From: Balanoglossus misakiensis
Taxonomy: Eukaryota; Animalia; Hemichordata
Direction of reading: 5' to 3'
DNA: 64,000 nucleotides
Assembly: GCA_040954595.2 (NCBI GenBank)
Contig: CM082593.2
Span: forward strand, 8,813,200 to 8,877,199
This document shows positions 11,914-26,752 of the stretch, one piece after another. The notes beneath the pieces are model-generated. The model had not been told where the DNA came from, searched no databases, and was given only the letters and a program-made list of their open reading frames with translations. How positions within the stretch are numbered: the stretch's first letter is position 1; each line of letters opens with the position of its first letter. Made by a program: the position numbers and the translations under genes.

Positions 11914-14900
11914 ACAGACACAATCATTTTTGTACATTTACTCAAGCAGTACTGTAAGAGGGCTTTTAAATATGAATGAATCTGATAATTTCTTGTAGGT
12001 ACACTACAACATATCAAATATACATCAGTACTAGTGATCAGTGCAACCAATGTTGTAGTTTAATGATAAGAATAACTTTTTTTTAAATTTGATATATTTG
12101 ATATATGATTTTTTTTGCCTTTTGGCCTTACTCTTATGTTTGACTCAATCAACAAAATCTGACTGAATGCATCTTAAGAGTCCATGATACATCATACAGT
12201 CTGGATTTTACCCGCCACACATGTGAGACCATTTCTGAATTACTGTAAAACACTTTATTTTCGCGATATCGAGAGAGGCCACTGTTTCACAAGTATTACT
12301 ATTCAATGTTCTCTTATTTCATATTATAAACAAGACTTCTAATGTACTATTGTTAGTGCAATTGTTGATTCTCTGAGACTTTAGGGAAATTGATTTAATA
12401 TAGTCAGTACTGTTCAAGAAATATTTTTTGCCAAACTCTGCAACGTTATAAATGTGGCATTATATGACATAATTTTACTGAGAATTATTTTCTGGACCTG
12501 TATGAATATTATGACTAGTAGTATATCACATTGGATACTCAGTGACTGATTAGGGATATATACTTTTGTCTCTGTAATAGACATAAATTATGACTGATTG
12601 ACATCATAATTCCTTATTGTAATGAGGGGCAGCCACATTTGAAACATGTGTGACTCTGTTGTTTTTACATTGATGACAAAGTTGGGTTTATTTTATTGCT
12701 AAACAACAAAACGACTAATTTGTATTTGCATTCCACTTTGTCCCTTGATCTCTTTTGTTTTCAAATTCAAAGTCTTAACACTGAACTGGATGCTTAAAAT
12801 ACACAGTTGTGGTCACGATAACTGTTGCTTGGAATTGTCAACAAGAAAAAAATGCTACATTTAATATGTAAACTGAAGAAAATTATAAAGCCCTGTTATA
12901 TTACTGGAGCAGTATGTTAAACATTATATTGGTGATAGTTATACTGGTAGTGTAGTTCAGAGGTCAAACATTACACTGAATGATTTTGTTCCAATCATCA
13001 AACAGTTGTGACTCACAGTGGGTGTAGAACTCACTCTCAACTCTATTCAATCATTCAGAAGGTTTTGTAGCTGTTTACAGTTTTAGATGAGGAACCGACT
13101 TCAATTCTTTCAGATTGTATCTTCCAGAATTTTCTGTTACTTTTCAACCTTATAATTCAAACGCTGTTAATTCAAGTCAGAATGTAGTTTACTAACTTTC
13201 TCTTCAGCAATCTCCAAACATTTGTAAATTCAATAGAAATCGTCACATATAATGATGTGCCCGGAATCAATGCTTCTTTTGCACCTAACTCAAAGTAAAA
13301 TATAAACATGTGATAGGCAGTTGTATGATCGCAATAACAAATTCCTGAAAAACCCGGCAGGTAAAATGTCTCTGGCAAACAGTATTTGTCAGAGCTGAAG
13401 GAAAATGATCACAAAGTTGAACGAGGTTCTCTTATTACAGATGAAGAATGCAGGTATACTACATGAAACTGGGTCGCATATTCTATACAGAAATCAGTTC
13501 ACTATGTATAAATTCCATGAAACAAACTAGTAGGAGTTGATAATTCTTCTAATTAATATTTGGTGCAAATATATTTTCAATGATTGAAAATATTTTTCAT
13601 CGTAAGAGTAATCCAATTAAGGAATCAATTAATATTAAAAGTCATACAAAACAACTCGCATGAAATAGTAAATGCATCTGGCATGAAAACATACATTGTA
13701 ACCAGTTCAATATCTACCATGTCTAGAGTTAAGCAATATGTTTAGAAAGCTGTGAATCATATTGTGAATAATTTATACTTCGGTAATAATTTTTGTGACT
13801 ATTTAGGTCAGGGCTGTATAACCTTTACAGAAAAGCAATTTTTGGTGTGATTGGAAAGGAGTTTGAATCAGCCATAGAGTTAGTGCAGCACTAGATCAAG
13901 ATTTTGGAGTTCAGAAAAAAAAATAGAATTGGTCAGAATTAGTCATGTTTTGTCGGAGACTTCAAAGAGTTGGTAGAGTTTAGCTTTGATAATTGAGGGC
14001 ATGGAGAACCATCTCTCTGGTGATTGAAAGGATCATGTTGATTGTGGAGAGGGCAGACAATGACATCATCATAGTCTTACCTCTCCAGTCTCTCTCTCTC
14101 TCACTTTTACACCTATGCAACAGCATTGAAATATTGCAAAGAGATCATTATAACAAGATAGTGAATATCTCTCATTATAACTGTAGGTTATTTACCGGTT
14201 TGTTGTCCCCCACTCAGATACAGGTCACCTTGGTGTCAAATGTGTGGGAGTAGACGTGGGCTTTGCACAAAAAGCAAAATCTTCATTCTTGACAGAAAAC
14301 TAATTCTCTGAACCGTCTGGTGAGATTGAATTCATGGCAGAGGGAATTGTCCATGTTGACTTCAACTACAGCTCTTCTGCTCGGGGACTGCTTAAAAAAA
14401 AAAAAAAAAACATATGAGTACACGTTGTCATGATCAAACTGCCCTTGGTTCAAATTAGGATTTTCTCTTAGGAAATATTCATAATTTTGTTAAAAACATC
14501 AGATTGGTATTTTTAACAGCTTTTCACGACATGCATGATGTATGTAGTATTAATTCAGTTTCATTTCAAAATGTAGTTATTAAAGATCCTCCCCTTACTT
14601 TTATTGTTTTGAACCCCCATTCAATCTCGCCGTTGGTTGACTGTTATTACAAACACACCACTGTACAACCTAGTCATAGCAGTATACATGTATATGCCAG
14701 TTACTATGCTGTGGTTTGGTCAACATTTGAACTCCAAAGGGAAAGAATACGTATACTGTCAGAAATCCTGTTATACTTCAGAATAGCATGGTCCAACGAG
14801 GTTTCAAATCTTCGAAAAATTAATAAACTTAGATAGTACATGTTTATCTGCAAGACAAATAGTGAAAAGATGGTGGGGAGAAACTGTAACTATTTCCCAT

Positions 14901-15225
14901 AGTTACAGATTCAGTGGTGAATGCTGATAGAATATGTTTCATATGTTTGATGTTGCTTTCATTCGAGGTGTGTTCATTATTGTACTTACTTAAAATGTAT
15001 TCTTTTGTGCGCTGAATTACATAGGATGTGTCATCTTTGTACACTACAACACTTAATCAGTACTTGCAACTAAATTTACATTTATCAATCCACAATTCCA
15101 ACACTTCCAACTTATTATTTTATTTCTGATCCAAGCATTCAGTACAACTTTGATTTCAAATTACCCACTAAATGTATGTACAACTCAGAAGATAAAAACA
15201 AACATATTGCCTTACTATATTTTAA

Positions 15226-15567
15226 AGGGACAACTCTCTCTTGCTGCCCTTTTTCCATTAATTATGTTTGATAAAAAGCACTGTTTATGTTATTCTACAT
15301 GTGGATATAGTGAATCAACGTTCAACCACACACAACTTCCATCCCGCTTGAATGATATGAGAGTAAAAACCCGCCCAAAATGAATAAATGGTAAAGACCG
15401 ATTATTCATATTGGTGAGTTTTTTTCACTCTCGTGGGTACAAGCAAGGTTGAAGATGTGTGTGGTCGAATGTTGATTCGCTATAAATCCACATGTAGAAT
15501 AACATAAATGGAGTCCTGTAGCAAACATAATAAATGGAAAAGAGGCAGCGAGAGAGACTTTGTCCCT
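15226..15567. mobile_element. TTAA-flanked palindromic MITE (Kolobok-like), copy 3
   Basis: Same family as 3560-3895; TTAA on both sides. Confidence 0.75.
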
Positions 15568-18500
15568 TTAATATACGTATTACCTGACACAGAGAACTCA
15601 AATTCCAATATTACAACTTGCACCATGAAGGTTTTAACTGATACTTGCTCATAACCAGGGGATTTAAACACTGATTTTATTTCAAGTCTTTGCTGGTGCC
15701 AGCAACTCAATAACCTACTGCTATTTATCCCAACAATTCTACAATACATTTATTGGAGTGTATTTAAACATTCATACAAATATACCTAAAATCACTAAAG
15801 ATTTACACTTTTCAATTTTCTTTGAACTTTTTCCAGCTGTTGATCAGTGAAAAGGGGAGACTTTCATAGTGGGTAGAATAGTACAATGAAACCCAAAGCA
15901 CACCTCACTAGTCAAGACGTCTGTCTGTCATCATGATTATGGACAGCTATAGGTTTGTGTGAAAAACTGAATGGAATACAACCACTGTGTGAATTAAGAA
16001 TACCTTTGTTTCTTGAGTGGTAATCTTCTGTAGATGTATGAATGTTATTGCGCACTTACACAACATTGAAATATTACTCTTGATTTTTTCCCAAATTATT
16101 GAAATTAATTCTCAGGATTGAAACAAATTTCTAATTCCAGTGTGATTAATCTGAGTCTTATGAAGAAAGTCTGACAGGCTGATGTCACTTATATTTACAT
16201 AATATCCAGTATTCTTATGTTGTGAATCATTGGGGGTTATTACTAATATATATGTATAATGGTAACTTTTATCAGGTGTCTTAATCAATATGCAAATGAA
16301 AGCTTTATAAATAAGTAAAACAGATATTTGACTTTTTTAATGTGTAAATTTTTGCTGAGATTGTGATATTTTATATTTTAAGAGTACCTTAAAAGATTTT
16401 TGTAATGAAGATGGTGTAAGTTGTATATATTCGGTTAAAAAAGATTTAGTAATGTGTGTTGGTGTTATAGATCTAGAGTAAACTTTAAAAGTCAATTATA
16501 CTATTCAAAAATATTGCTATTTTTCTATCAGTGATTTGCACATATTTGCAATTTTATGAATTTATGAATTACTCTGAAGAGCATAAAAACTGCCACGAAA
16601 TTGGAGAGAAGAGCTCTTAGGAGGAAATAATAAAGAATTGTTATGTATGCGATTGAATGACTGGTTTGATTTTTTTTTTATTTTCCACAAAATTTTCATG
16701 GAAGCTGTATGCAGAATTATTACTACATGCCTTGAATTCCCTTGATGTGAGTGCCAATTCAATGCATCGATTTGAATTTGCAACATAAGGGAATGTAGTG
16801 AGCCGCTAAACGTTCTATTGACTGCTTGCAAGGCTACTCGGTCCGATGAAACCAGTCTGATGAGGCATGTAATGAAAGAGACCATTTGCCTACTTGCGTT
16901 GGACTAGGCCTCCTAGGCCCATAAACCCATGTATTCAGGCAATAATATATAATACAGCACCCTGATTTGTGTGAAATTAATTTAGGACCCTTGTTTGTAG
17001 GACTATAATGTTGATTTTTGACATGGCAAGGGGGGGGGGAGATCAACCACTTCTCAATGAGGGGTGGTCAGTCACTTTTTGATATCCACAAAATAGAATC
17101 CACCCCTACACCCAACCTCCACACCCCCATCCCCGGGCTGAAAACAACTGACCAGTCCCTAACCCTAGTTTGTTCTGTGCACTGATGCCTGTAGTGTGTT
17201 TCCATGGTGACAGTGGTTTAACCAATACATAAAACTCATGTGACACAATAACTTTAATTTTCAACCTAATCATCAAATTTGGTTGAAAGATTTTGGATCT
17301 GTGAGGACTTAACACCATGTTTAAGTTGTCAATACAACCTACATTTGTACTAGTATATACATGTACTGCAAAAGTAGCAATATCTTAACAATACACTTGG
17401 GTTGACAGGAAAAATGTGATTGTTTCAGCATGCTTCGAAGGAATTTAATAACCTATAATTTCCATATAACCATATAATAAAAAGTCTGTGTCCAAGTCTT
17501 CAAAATGACCATGTGGTGGCGCACTTTTATGAGACAATCCACTGAAAATCTGTGATTGGTTAGGTCTCAAGCTCCCATGATAACTGTGGCTAAATTTGCA
17601 GAGGTGACAATTAATCTGTAGTTGAAACGCAGAGCAAACCACCGGTTCATAAAACCACGGTCACTCCACATAACTGTGATAAAACGACAGAAACCAGGTT
17701 TTTTTTCAAAGGGCATAGGAGTTTTCAAACTTTTCTACAGGGAGAAACAACCAAAATATCTGGGACTGGGTATAAAGAAGTTTGGTTACTATCAGGAGAG
17801 ATGGGATTTTTCTAGTTGCAGGGCAAATTATAAACCGATTTAATATTGATTATTTTATATTCCCAACCCAATAATATATTTGTCATGAAAAAAGTCGCTG
17901 CAATTTTTTGCAGTTTTGGGTCAAAGTATTTTTTTCTTCAAATTGCTGTGTAATTTTGTTTTCAGACTTCTCGGTGTCACAGAATCCAGCTTGTTTAATT
18001 GGGGCAAGATTAAATATTTGTATTTTGAGGATTCTGTGTAATTTGGGGTCAAGGGTCATTTTCAAGGCAACTATTTGGTTGCGCTGGTCCTTGACGAACA
18101 GTTCCGTCACATTGGCATGCCAATGATTACAGCAGAATCATATCCGCCAATGACGACAATTTTCTGAATATAAACGTTATCATTTGTCGTCAAATTTGGA
18201 GTGGACGGTTTGACGGTTTTGAAACAGTGTACACGAGGAAAATTTAAAATTATACTGCAGACGATGTTTTATTCATTATGTATCTTTATTAGGCCTACAC
18301 AATTTTGTACTCACTTTGAATAGCAATTTGCTGAATTTGGGAAGCCGTGCGCGCATAGCTCAACTGTTGGGTAGGCATTGCGATACCAATGTCGGAGCGA
18401 TTTGCAAATTACCATACCAACGTGTATCATTGCGTCGTTTTCATTGTGGTGTCGCAGACTTGGAATACGACGAAGGTGGACCCATATTCATTTTGTTTTT

Positions 18501-21298
18501 GCCTCTCTGTCATTGGGCTGGCATCCATTGGCAAAGCCAAACATTGCAAGAACAGATTTCAGACTGGACACGATTGCCACACGTCTTCCATCCCTTACAC
18601 TGATTACGGTTAAAACCTGATCTCGAAAGCTCCATGGCCCGTGTCGCCATGACGACGCATGCATTGGTTTAGTATGACTTTTGAGTAGTGACGCCTTCTA
18701 ACGATAGCCCGTAGACATGGAATTGAATGAGTCAAGATGTTGCATATGAATGGGAAAAAATCAACAAGTACAACACCGATTTGAGCATATCGGATCCGCC
18801 AGACCAGTTCTAAAGATTGCAGAGCATCTGCAACACAATGCGACCTATAGAAAATGAACGTAAGGTCATTGACGCGTCGTTTGACGCCCGCGCAGTGTCA
18901 ACTACATTCTGATCAACTTGTCAGAATTGTGTGGCTGTCGGGGATCAAGCTAACTAAAAGATAACGAGGTGACAAGTTGTAGTGCAACAAATCCAATTTG
19001 GCTGTGCAGAGATGTGATAAGCCTTGTCACTATTGTTTTAACGCATCTCCTGACTTTTCACAAACTGGTGAACCAAAAGTTTGATTTTAGGAAACTGTCC
19101 GTCTTTGGTCGTTCACCAGTTCCCAACCCGGGAGCCCAGCCATTCAGACCATATGCAGTAAAAGCCAATGTATTGAGAGAATTGTTATTTCAAGGTATGA
19201 CTATTTGTTAGCATATCTGACACGAGAATAAACACTCTTACACCATAGAAATGTATTGACACCTACCTTAGTGTGTGAAACTTACTCGTCATATCAGAAT
19301 CGGGGGGGGGGGGCACACTATGACAGACAACTCTTGACTGAAACCGGTCTGTCACATCGCCATTGGTCAGCAATGAAAGTTGCACACCGCATTAGTATAA
19401 GTTATCCGCGTGGAAATAATCCGATAGAATTTGTTCTGATTTTGGATAAATAGTGAACGTCGCGCGATGTAAGCTGTTTACAGTTTTATTTCGACACCCG
19501 TATAATATTGAACATTACCAATGTTGATAGTAATACTTGCATATCTCATAAAACTGTTCATAGAAACGTTTTTGTATTTGTTGCTTAATTCAAATCTTGA
19601 AATTCGACAAGAAAGATCGAATAAAACCATGCGCTTTAGATCTCGGTCGCCAAACCTATTCCCCCCTCATAAACATAGTTACAACAACATGAAAACGTCA
19701 AAGATGAATGTCCGTGACATTTCCCATGCATGTCTATGTCATGTGATGGACGGCCCAGGGATAACAAACCATATTCACAGGCTTCATGCCGACATGTGTG
19801 TGTGTGTGTGGGGGGGGGGGGGGTTCAGGCTATCGGTTTTCACTTACGTTGAAGGGAGTACATGTTCATGTAAAAGACAAACTTTGTTTCTTGTGTCTTG
19901 AATGTACAGTAGAATGTGCAATTTGCATATGTGAATGTGTCGTGTCTGGAAACTCGGGGGGTTCTCATGCTTGGGAAATTTAGACAGACGGTAAGATAGT
20001 CATGGTTATCAACAAGCTATCCATATCCATCTGTATTCAACATAGCAGTGGAAATGAATTGAAGAGCACCCCTGCCTCGCTTCCATAAAACTTTTAGTCT
20101 CTGTTTAATAAACGTTTCAATAGGGTCGGCACAGTCTGATTAGAGTCTTTAATCAACTTACAATTACTTCTATTGTCCGTCAAGGGTCTCTATTCAAACA
20201 ATAATTTTCGTCTGTAATAACCGCCAACCACTTTGAATTGACAAAAGAAAACCTTTATCTTACAAGAAGGCCGGATTGTTATCATTACAATTCCTAAATT
20301 GAACTCTGATACTCTGATACAGGAAAAAAACAATTACCCAATGATTGGTAACGTAAGATGAATTTGGATACTTTCTGCTTGATTTGTAAAGTGTTTCCTA
20401 ATTGGTTGGGCGGGTTGTATTGACGTAATTGGTTTAGTCATAAATAAAGAATGAGATGTTCAAGTAACGCAGTGAGCTAATTACTTTCGGATCAAAAGAG
20501 AAATCTACTTCTTTGTGAAAGTACTCTATTGCACTACCACGCCGCGGATAAAGACTTGGGCCTATTGCGAGCGATGCGCAGCAAACAAGTGGCACTTAAC
20601 ACTGAATTGGGAAATTGTCCTTCAACCGCAGACGTTGGCATCGGCTTTGGTATTCCAGTGGGCTTTATTACATTCCAAAACCAGACATGTTCTAAGATAG
20701 CGTTAATTAAAAAGAAAGTGAATGAATAGTAAATATTCTCCGTTTAAAACGGTGGTGGGTCGGTGTAAGACCAGTAGTGAACTGTGTCGCGTGCGCAGTG
20801 TTACGTTGTACGCTGTCTGCTACATATTCCCGTTGTACGCATTGAAATTCAGTCGCTGGAGAAAGTTATCGTGACTTCCACGAGTATGAGTCAGATTATG
20901 AAAGGCGGTAACATCTGCAACTTGATAATTTACGGTTGGCTAGGTAAGGTCATTTTTGGGCTCATTTGACAGTAGTCGCTTCTACCGCTCTCAGGCAAAA
21001 GACACCACTCGTCAAAACTACAAAGGGGTGCCAAAACAACGTATTCTTATTCAACGCGTTAATGCCGTTCTGACAAGGCGTTCGCCGACTATCGTTTTCT
21101 GCCTCATTTATTCAAAGTGTTGTGGTCTTTAACGAACGGCGGCTTCTTTTTATCTTTCTGTTGTTTAGACTTGTTGCTTCTCCTATTGGCTCTCACCGGC
21201 AAACGCCTCCATTGTTGTCGCCACCCTTCATCCTGCACCGCTAATCTCACTCGTTTTTTCGGTGAAAAAAGCGCGGTGTGGGTAAAGTAGGCAAGTTT

Positions 21299-21310
21299 GC
21301 ATAAAAGGGG
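21299..21310 (+). promoter_or_regulatory. Putative TATA-like box of Wnt8 (GCATAAAAGGGG)
   Basis: About 100 bp upstream of the Wnt8 ATG; an ATTGG (reverse CCAAT) lies near 21185. Confidence 0.45.
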
Positions 21311-21402
21311 CTGATCTGGTAGACACTTGTCATTTGCCTAAGTGCCTTAGTTAGCTGATACACCGTTGTTCCAACTCGTCTTCTACTACTACGATTCGCA
21401 GC

Positions 21403-24400
21403 ATGTCATCTCAGCGTCTATCTACACTGTGGTTTCTACTATTCCTCACACAGCATGTTGTCCATTCATGGTAGGTAGCCAACAGCCCCTTCCAAACCCA
21501 TTCGTTTACTATCTAACACTAATCCTATCAACATTCCCGGTATTAACATTCAAGTATTTCGTTTTCATTTTTTTCAGGCCACTCAATAACTTCCTGATGA
21601 CGGCTCCCAAGGTGAGTACACTCTCTATGTCCCCCCCCCCCCAAATTAACACGCTCCGAGTGATAGATCACGTCTATTGAAATAGTAGTGTCTATCTATA
21701 ACACTGTCACATGTACAGGTTTGTTAGTAGGCCTAGTAGTATTTCCTTAGGTATTTAATCGGCTAGTTTAGTGAAAGGCAAATGGTCCCATATTTCGTGT
21801 AGTTGTCAACTAAGTAAACAAAGTTAGACCATATAATAATCTGTGCCCTGTTTGCTCAGCTCAGCTCACAGCAAGATGAGTATCCGCGGAAATCGATCTA
21901 AGTTAATACCGCTGTATAGCAGTTTCGCCGTGAGCGTACTTTCACTCGCTTCGATTGGCGAGTCGTTCGTCAACTGTGATGTTAATAAACTAAATAATGT
22001 CAAATCAGGTTGTCTATTAGACTTGCACACAGCGTCGGAATTCTCCGCTGTGTTGTTGCGATCTCCGATGTCAGGCAGACTATTCGCATGACATGCCCCT
22101 CAATGATTAGGTCACCTAAAGCTATCATTTTCCGCAGTGAGTTATTTGTAATAATACGTGACCGACCATTACAAATGTACATCTTCCAACGTTACATTAA
22201 TATCCAAGCTAATTGGTGGTCGCATAGGCGATCAGTCAACTCAATATTTGGTCCGCGGAGTTGCACCGGAGAAACTCATTATTCACTTCTGCAGTTGCAA
22301 TATAGACACTCTGTGTGTTGCCGGTTGTTTTCTCCCGACTTGGCAAATTCCAAAACGGAACATCTTCATTCGAATCACTTTCGCATGATTTGTTTAGCGG
22401 CAGCTCGGCTTCTTAGGCTACAATACAATGTTTTTCTTCTGGTTTAAATGTATCATACTGGCACAGACGTGTAACCAGATCGTTCTTGAGAAAACCAACG
22501 TGTCCCAGGCAAGTTGATCAATTTTGTCTTCGTTACTTGCCGCGAGCAAGTTGAGTTGTGAAGCATGAAGTCATCTCATCTTTATTATGCCTTAATTTCA
22601 TTGGATTAGTGCTTTATTCCGTTAGTTGCTTCGGTTCGAATGGATGTCATATTTATACCGGTTGTGATGATACTGAATGCATGTTCACTACCATGACGCG
22701 GTGCTTTCCTTTGGGTGCGTGCTTTTTTTTCCAGTGTCACCCGTTCGCACATCTTTTCGTGGTATTTTATCCAACTATTTTACGGCCCGGTAGTTATCGT
22801 ATTTCCCGGTTTTAGCGCAAAACTGTCGATGTAATTTCATTCGGAAAACTAACAATAAAGGCGGGAGTGATCATCATCCACCGCACCCACATAACCTTCA
22901 GCATTTGTTCCAGTTTCCTACCACTGCCGGATAGGGAGTATCATGGCAGGGGCATGTAGGCATTTCCCGTGTTGTGAAAATTCAATTGATGAAAGAATCG
23001 CTATGATGAGATCACTATCATCAACGCCAGTGTTTTGCTGTCTTTAGTACATATCGCATTGTTTCAGCCAGATAGCTTTAGTGGAATCTGTGCATTGTCG
23101 TATACAGCAATTGTGTGTTATACCACGACTACTAGTGTGTGGTCCTCCGGCATACCGCCGATGTCTAGCTGAGAACAAGCCTGATCTCGTCGTTCTCGTT
23201 GGAATGTATTGACTCACTAATTGACGTACCCACACGTTGCTCTAGGGGCATGGATCTTTACATAACATTATTCATCGCTACTAGTCGGGGAGAGTCAGTC
23301 AGACAGGGAGTGAGCTTTATAAAAAAAATTAGTGACAGTTCACAATTGGGCCGGGCGTGTCATGTTCAAGCGTAGTGTATTAATCCATAAAAAACTTGCT
23401 TGATCGCATAAGTGATATCGTTGTGTTTTAAGTATGGAAATTGAGACATGTGAAAACATGGTGAACGTTTAATTGTGAGAACCGTAAGGACTGTGTTCAG
23501 AACTAAATGTTGCAAAATAGTTCAGGCTGGCTTTTCATAATCTTCCTTTTCTGTTGATGAGTGGATTAGAAAACTTCAGTGGCTACCTCGGTACCACATA
23601 TGTGTCTATCTGTTAATTATTGTATATACATATCCCCGTTTCGTATATCATACCACGCTTCCAGACCGCGGTATGATATACTCACTACGCTTCGGGACCT
23701 CCTTCCTTGAATCGAATCGGGTCCATAGATCAAACTTTTACTTTGCGCCATTGATATTTATGTGGTCCAGTCAGTCAGTCAGTCAGTCGGTCGGTCACAG
23801 ACAACTGCAAGTAGCATATTTTTTTCCTAGATAAGACTTTTGTTTTAGACCCCATAGTTCGCTCAGACATTTTGATTTGAGTCACTGACGGATGTTGGGG
23901 CATCTATTATAATCGAATTTCTGACTTACTCCTAATTGGCACAATTTGGAGAGACGGGCCGAAACGACCAAAAGGATTGTTGTGTGAAATTTTAGTACAC
24001 CGTTTATGGTTCAAAGTTCTTCAGTTGTTTTGACGACTTTCTCTTTCACCACTTTCATATTGCATGACGCACATCTCTCATCCAACTAATTTCTGACCAT
24101 TTCTAGGCATTCGAGGTATTTTCATCAAGTGTAGCGGCTGGAGCGCAATTTGGAATGGAAGAGTGTCGTCATCAGTTCCTCTGGGATCGCTGGAATTGTC
24201 CCGAAAGTGCCCTTCCTATGTTTACCCAGAATGCATTACCACGCGGTAAGTACTAGTACATGATCTACACATCCGTCACTCTGTCAAAAATAAGCGATAG
24301 GAATATTTATTTTGCAAGTACACTTGATATTGTCTATTGAGGAGTTGACCAAAACGTGGGCTACGGAAGTGTCAAATAATTATTCATGTTGATTTGGTGG

Positions 24401-26752
24401 TGGCTGTAGGTCTTGTAGACGATGTGCATTATTAAAGATTGTCCAGGGGCAGATTAAAGGTTTTCGTTAGCGACCAAATTTGTCTCTAGACTGTAGTAAA
24501 ATCTGCCGATCATTCCGAATTCACAGCTATTAAGAAAATGTATAGTACCGAGTTTTACGGACAACCGGGCTGCCTGGCAAAATACAAGACCGAGTTCATT
24601 GTTCGTGGTGTATCCAAGACAAAGTCGCTACTGCTCTCATTTGAATGTGAAATAAGCCGTGGAGACTTTTGATTTCGTAATGTCTCTAAGTGTTTCGCTC
24701 CACGCTTGTGTAGGTACTGTAGTACGACTATGAACTGAACACTGTTGTAGCTTTTAACTCAGTAGTTCAGTTCGATTTGAAGCTACACCCGTCCACCATC
24801 ACCTCGACTTAACTCGGCGATTTTCCGTTTTCATTTGCAGCAAATAAAGAGACGTCTTTCATCTATTCGATAAGTTCTGCTGGTGTCATCTACACATTGA
24901 CAAGAAATTGTAGTTTGGGCGTTTTTGACACGTGTGGTTGCGATGATAGCAAGAAAGGTCGTCAAGGTGAGTTGTCGCAGTGATTTACGTCTACAGCAAC
25001 ACCGATTTCATGGCGACCTATTCAATCGTCGTACATTGTTGTTTTACAATTTAATGTTTTCTTATTTTGGACTATTCTGTTACATAAACTTGATATAATA
25101 GTATATTGTATTTGATTTATCACATTGGAATTACTTTTTAATCTTTGCTCGGCAATGTTAATGGGCACGACCTAATTTTGTACTTTCAAGTAAACACACA
25201 ATTTCAAGTTCTTCTCCACTGGTTTTATTATGTGTTGATTAAAAAGACGTGAATTTTATTGACTCTCAAATTGGTGGGCACTTAGAATGTGGATACCACA
25301 TTTCTATACGAACAGTTTAGCAGCATTCACCATGTTTTGTGTTTCATTTTCCAATTCAGGCGGAGAAGGTTGGAAGTGGGGAGGTTGTAGCGACAATGTC
25401 AACTACGCTGAACAAGTCTCTGTACAGTTTGTAGATGCCTTCGAGACTGGGAAAGACGCCCGTGCCGCTATGAATTTGCATAACAATGAAGCGGGTCGAA
25501 GAGTAAGTACATGTCTATTAATACTCAATAGATTGTTGTATGTTTTAAAACTATGTTATGTTAAATGCAATGTACTTTCGGTTATAGCATCTGTGATAAC
25601 TCCATCGTAGTAAATAGCCCTGGCATAACATTGGCAGCTTATGGGTCAATCAGTGTTTGCCTGTATGTCTGTATTCCTAAAAGGGACCAAAGTGTCCTCA
25701 CGATATGTTTTAACAAACCGTCCACTACCGACGGTGGTTTCTTCCATGAACCACGCCTGCGCAGTTGATTTTGTTGACCCTGGTGTACGACAAAAATTGC
25801 GGCGTATTTCCTTCCATTCATGGCCGATACTATTTGCTTACAGCCTCGGGACTTTCGCATGGGTTCATTGTCAATTAACTCCGGCGGTTCAAATTCTTGT
25901 ACAATATAGCCTCTGGCGATCTATATAGCCCTCCGATGATCCCTGGTGTGACATTTATTGCAAACTGTCTTAGTTCGTTTCCGTAAACACGCAAATATGT
26001 GTGGCTGTGTCGCAAAAGATATTCAATCCTCATGGTTGTTGATCAACTTTTAACTCGTACCAGGTTAACTTTAAAGCTGATAAACATTTCAGCATGAACA
26101 CTGACATCACTTTATTTATAACGTTTAAAAAGTCTGGTCGAATCGCAGAATTTTGCTTTTTTATTCGTAAATCGCAAGTAATTTTGACGTGTTTGAATGT
26201 TAACAGCGACTAATTAATTATTTCTCGTTTTTGTCGCAGGCTGTACGTCAGACGCTAAAGCGTACTTGCAAGTGTCACGGCGTTTCTGGAAGTTGTACAA
26301 CGCAGACGTGCTGGAGGCAACTTCCCGAGTTTCGTGATATCGGCGATTTCTTGAAGCGTAAGTACGACAACAGCGTCCAAGTCGACTTCGTCAGTGGAGA
26401 GTTGAAATTGGGGAACAGCGCCAGCGAGCCCACCCTGCCGTCACTCAGCAAGAAAGATATGGTCTACCTGGAAGATTCTCCAGACTACTGCAAAGTCAAC
26501 ATCTCTGCGGGTTCCATGGGAACGGTTGGCCGAGAATGCGTGCGCGGCAACAGGAAGAATAAGGATGGCCTGAGTAAATGGGATCGTCAAAGTTGTAAGC
26601 GACTGTGTTCCAGCTGTGGACTGAAAGTGAAGAAGACCAAAGTGATCGAACTGTCCAGCTGTAACTGCAAGTTTCATTGGTGCTGCTCCGTCAAGTGTGA
26701 TCAGTGTCGACAAGAGGTCACCAAGCTGACGTGTCAGTCCAGGCATAGATAG
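21403..26752 (+). CDS. Wnt8: Wnt8; exons 21403-21470, 21578-21611, 24107-24245, 24841-24966, 25360-25502, 26240-26752
   Basis: GT-AG introns in phase; signal peptide then [14 protein letters not shown] (Wnt8-type WxxNNFLMTxPK), [50 protein letters not shown] (lipidated Ser), [13 protein letters not shown]. Confidence 0.95.

Noticed and set aside
16850-16890. CTGATGAGGCATGTAATGAAAG, possible third hammerhead
   Set aside because: Stem II is weak and no convincing stem I, stem III or cleavage triplet follows; at best degenerate
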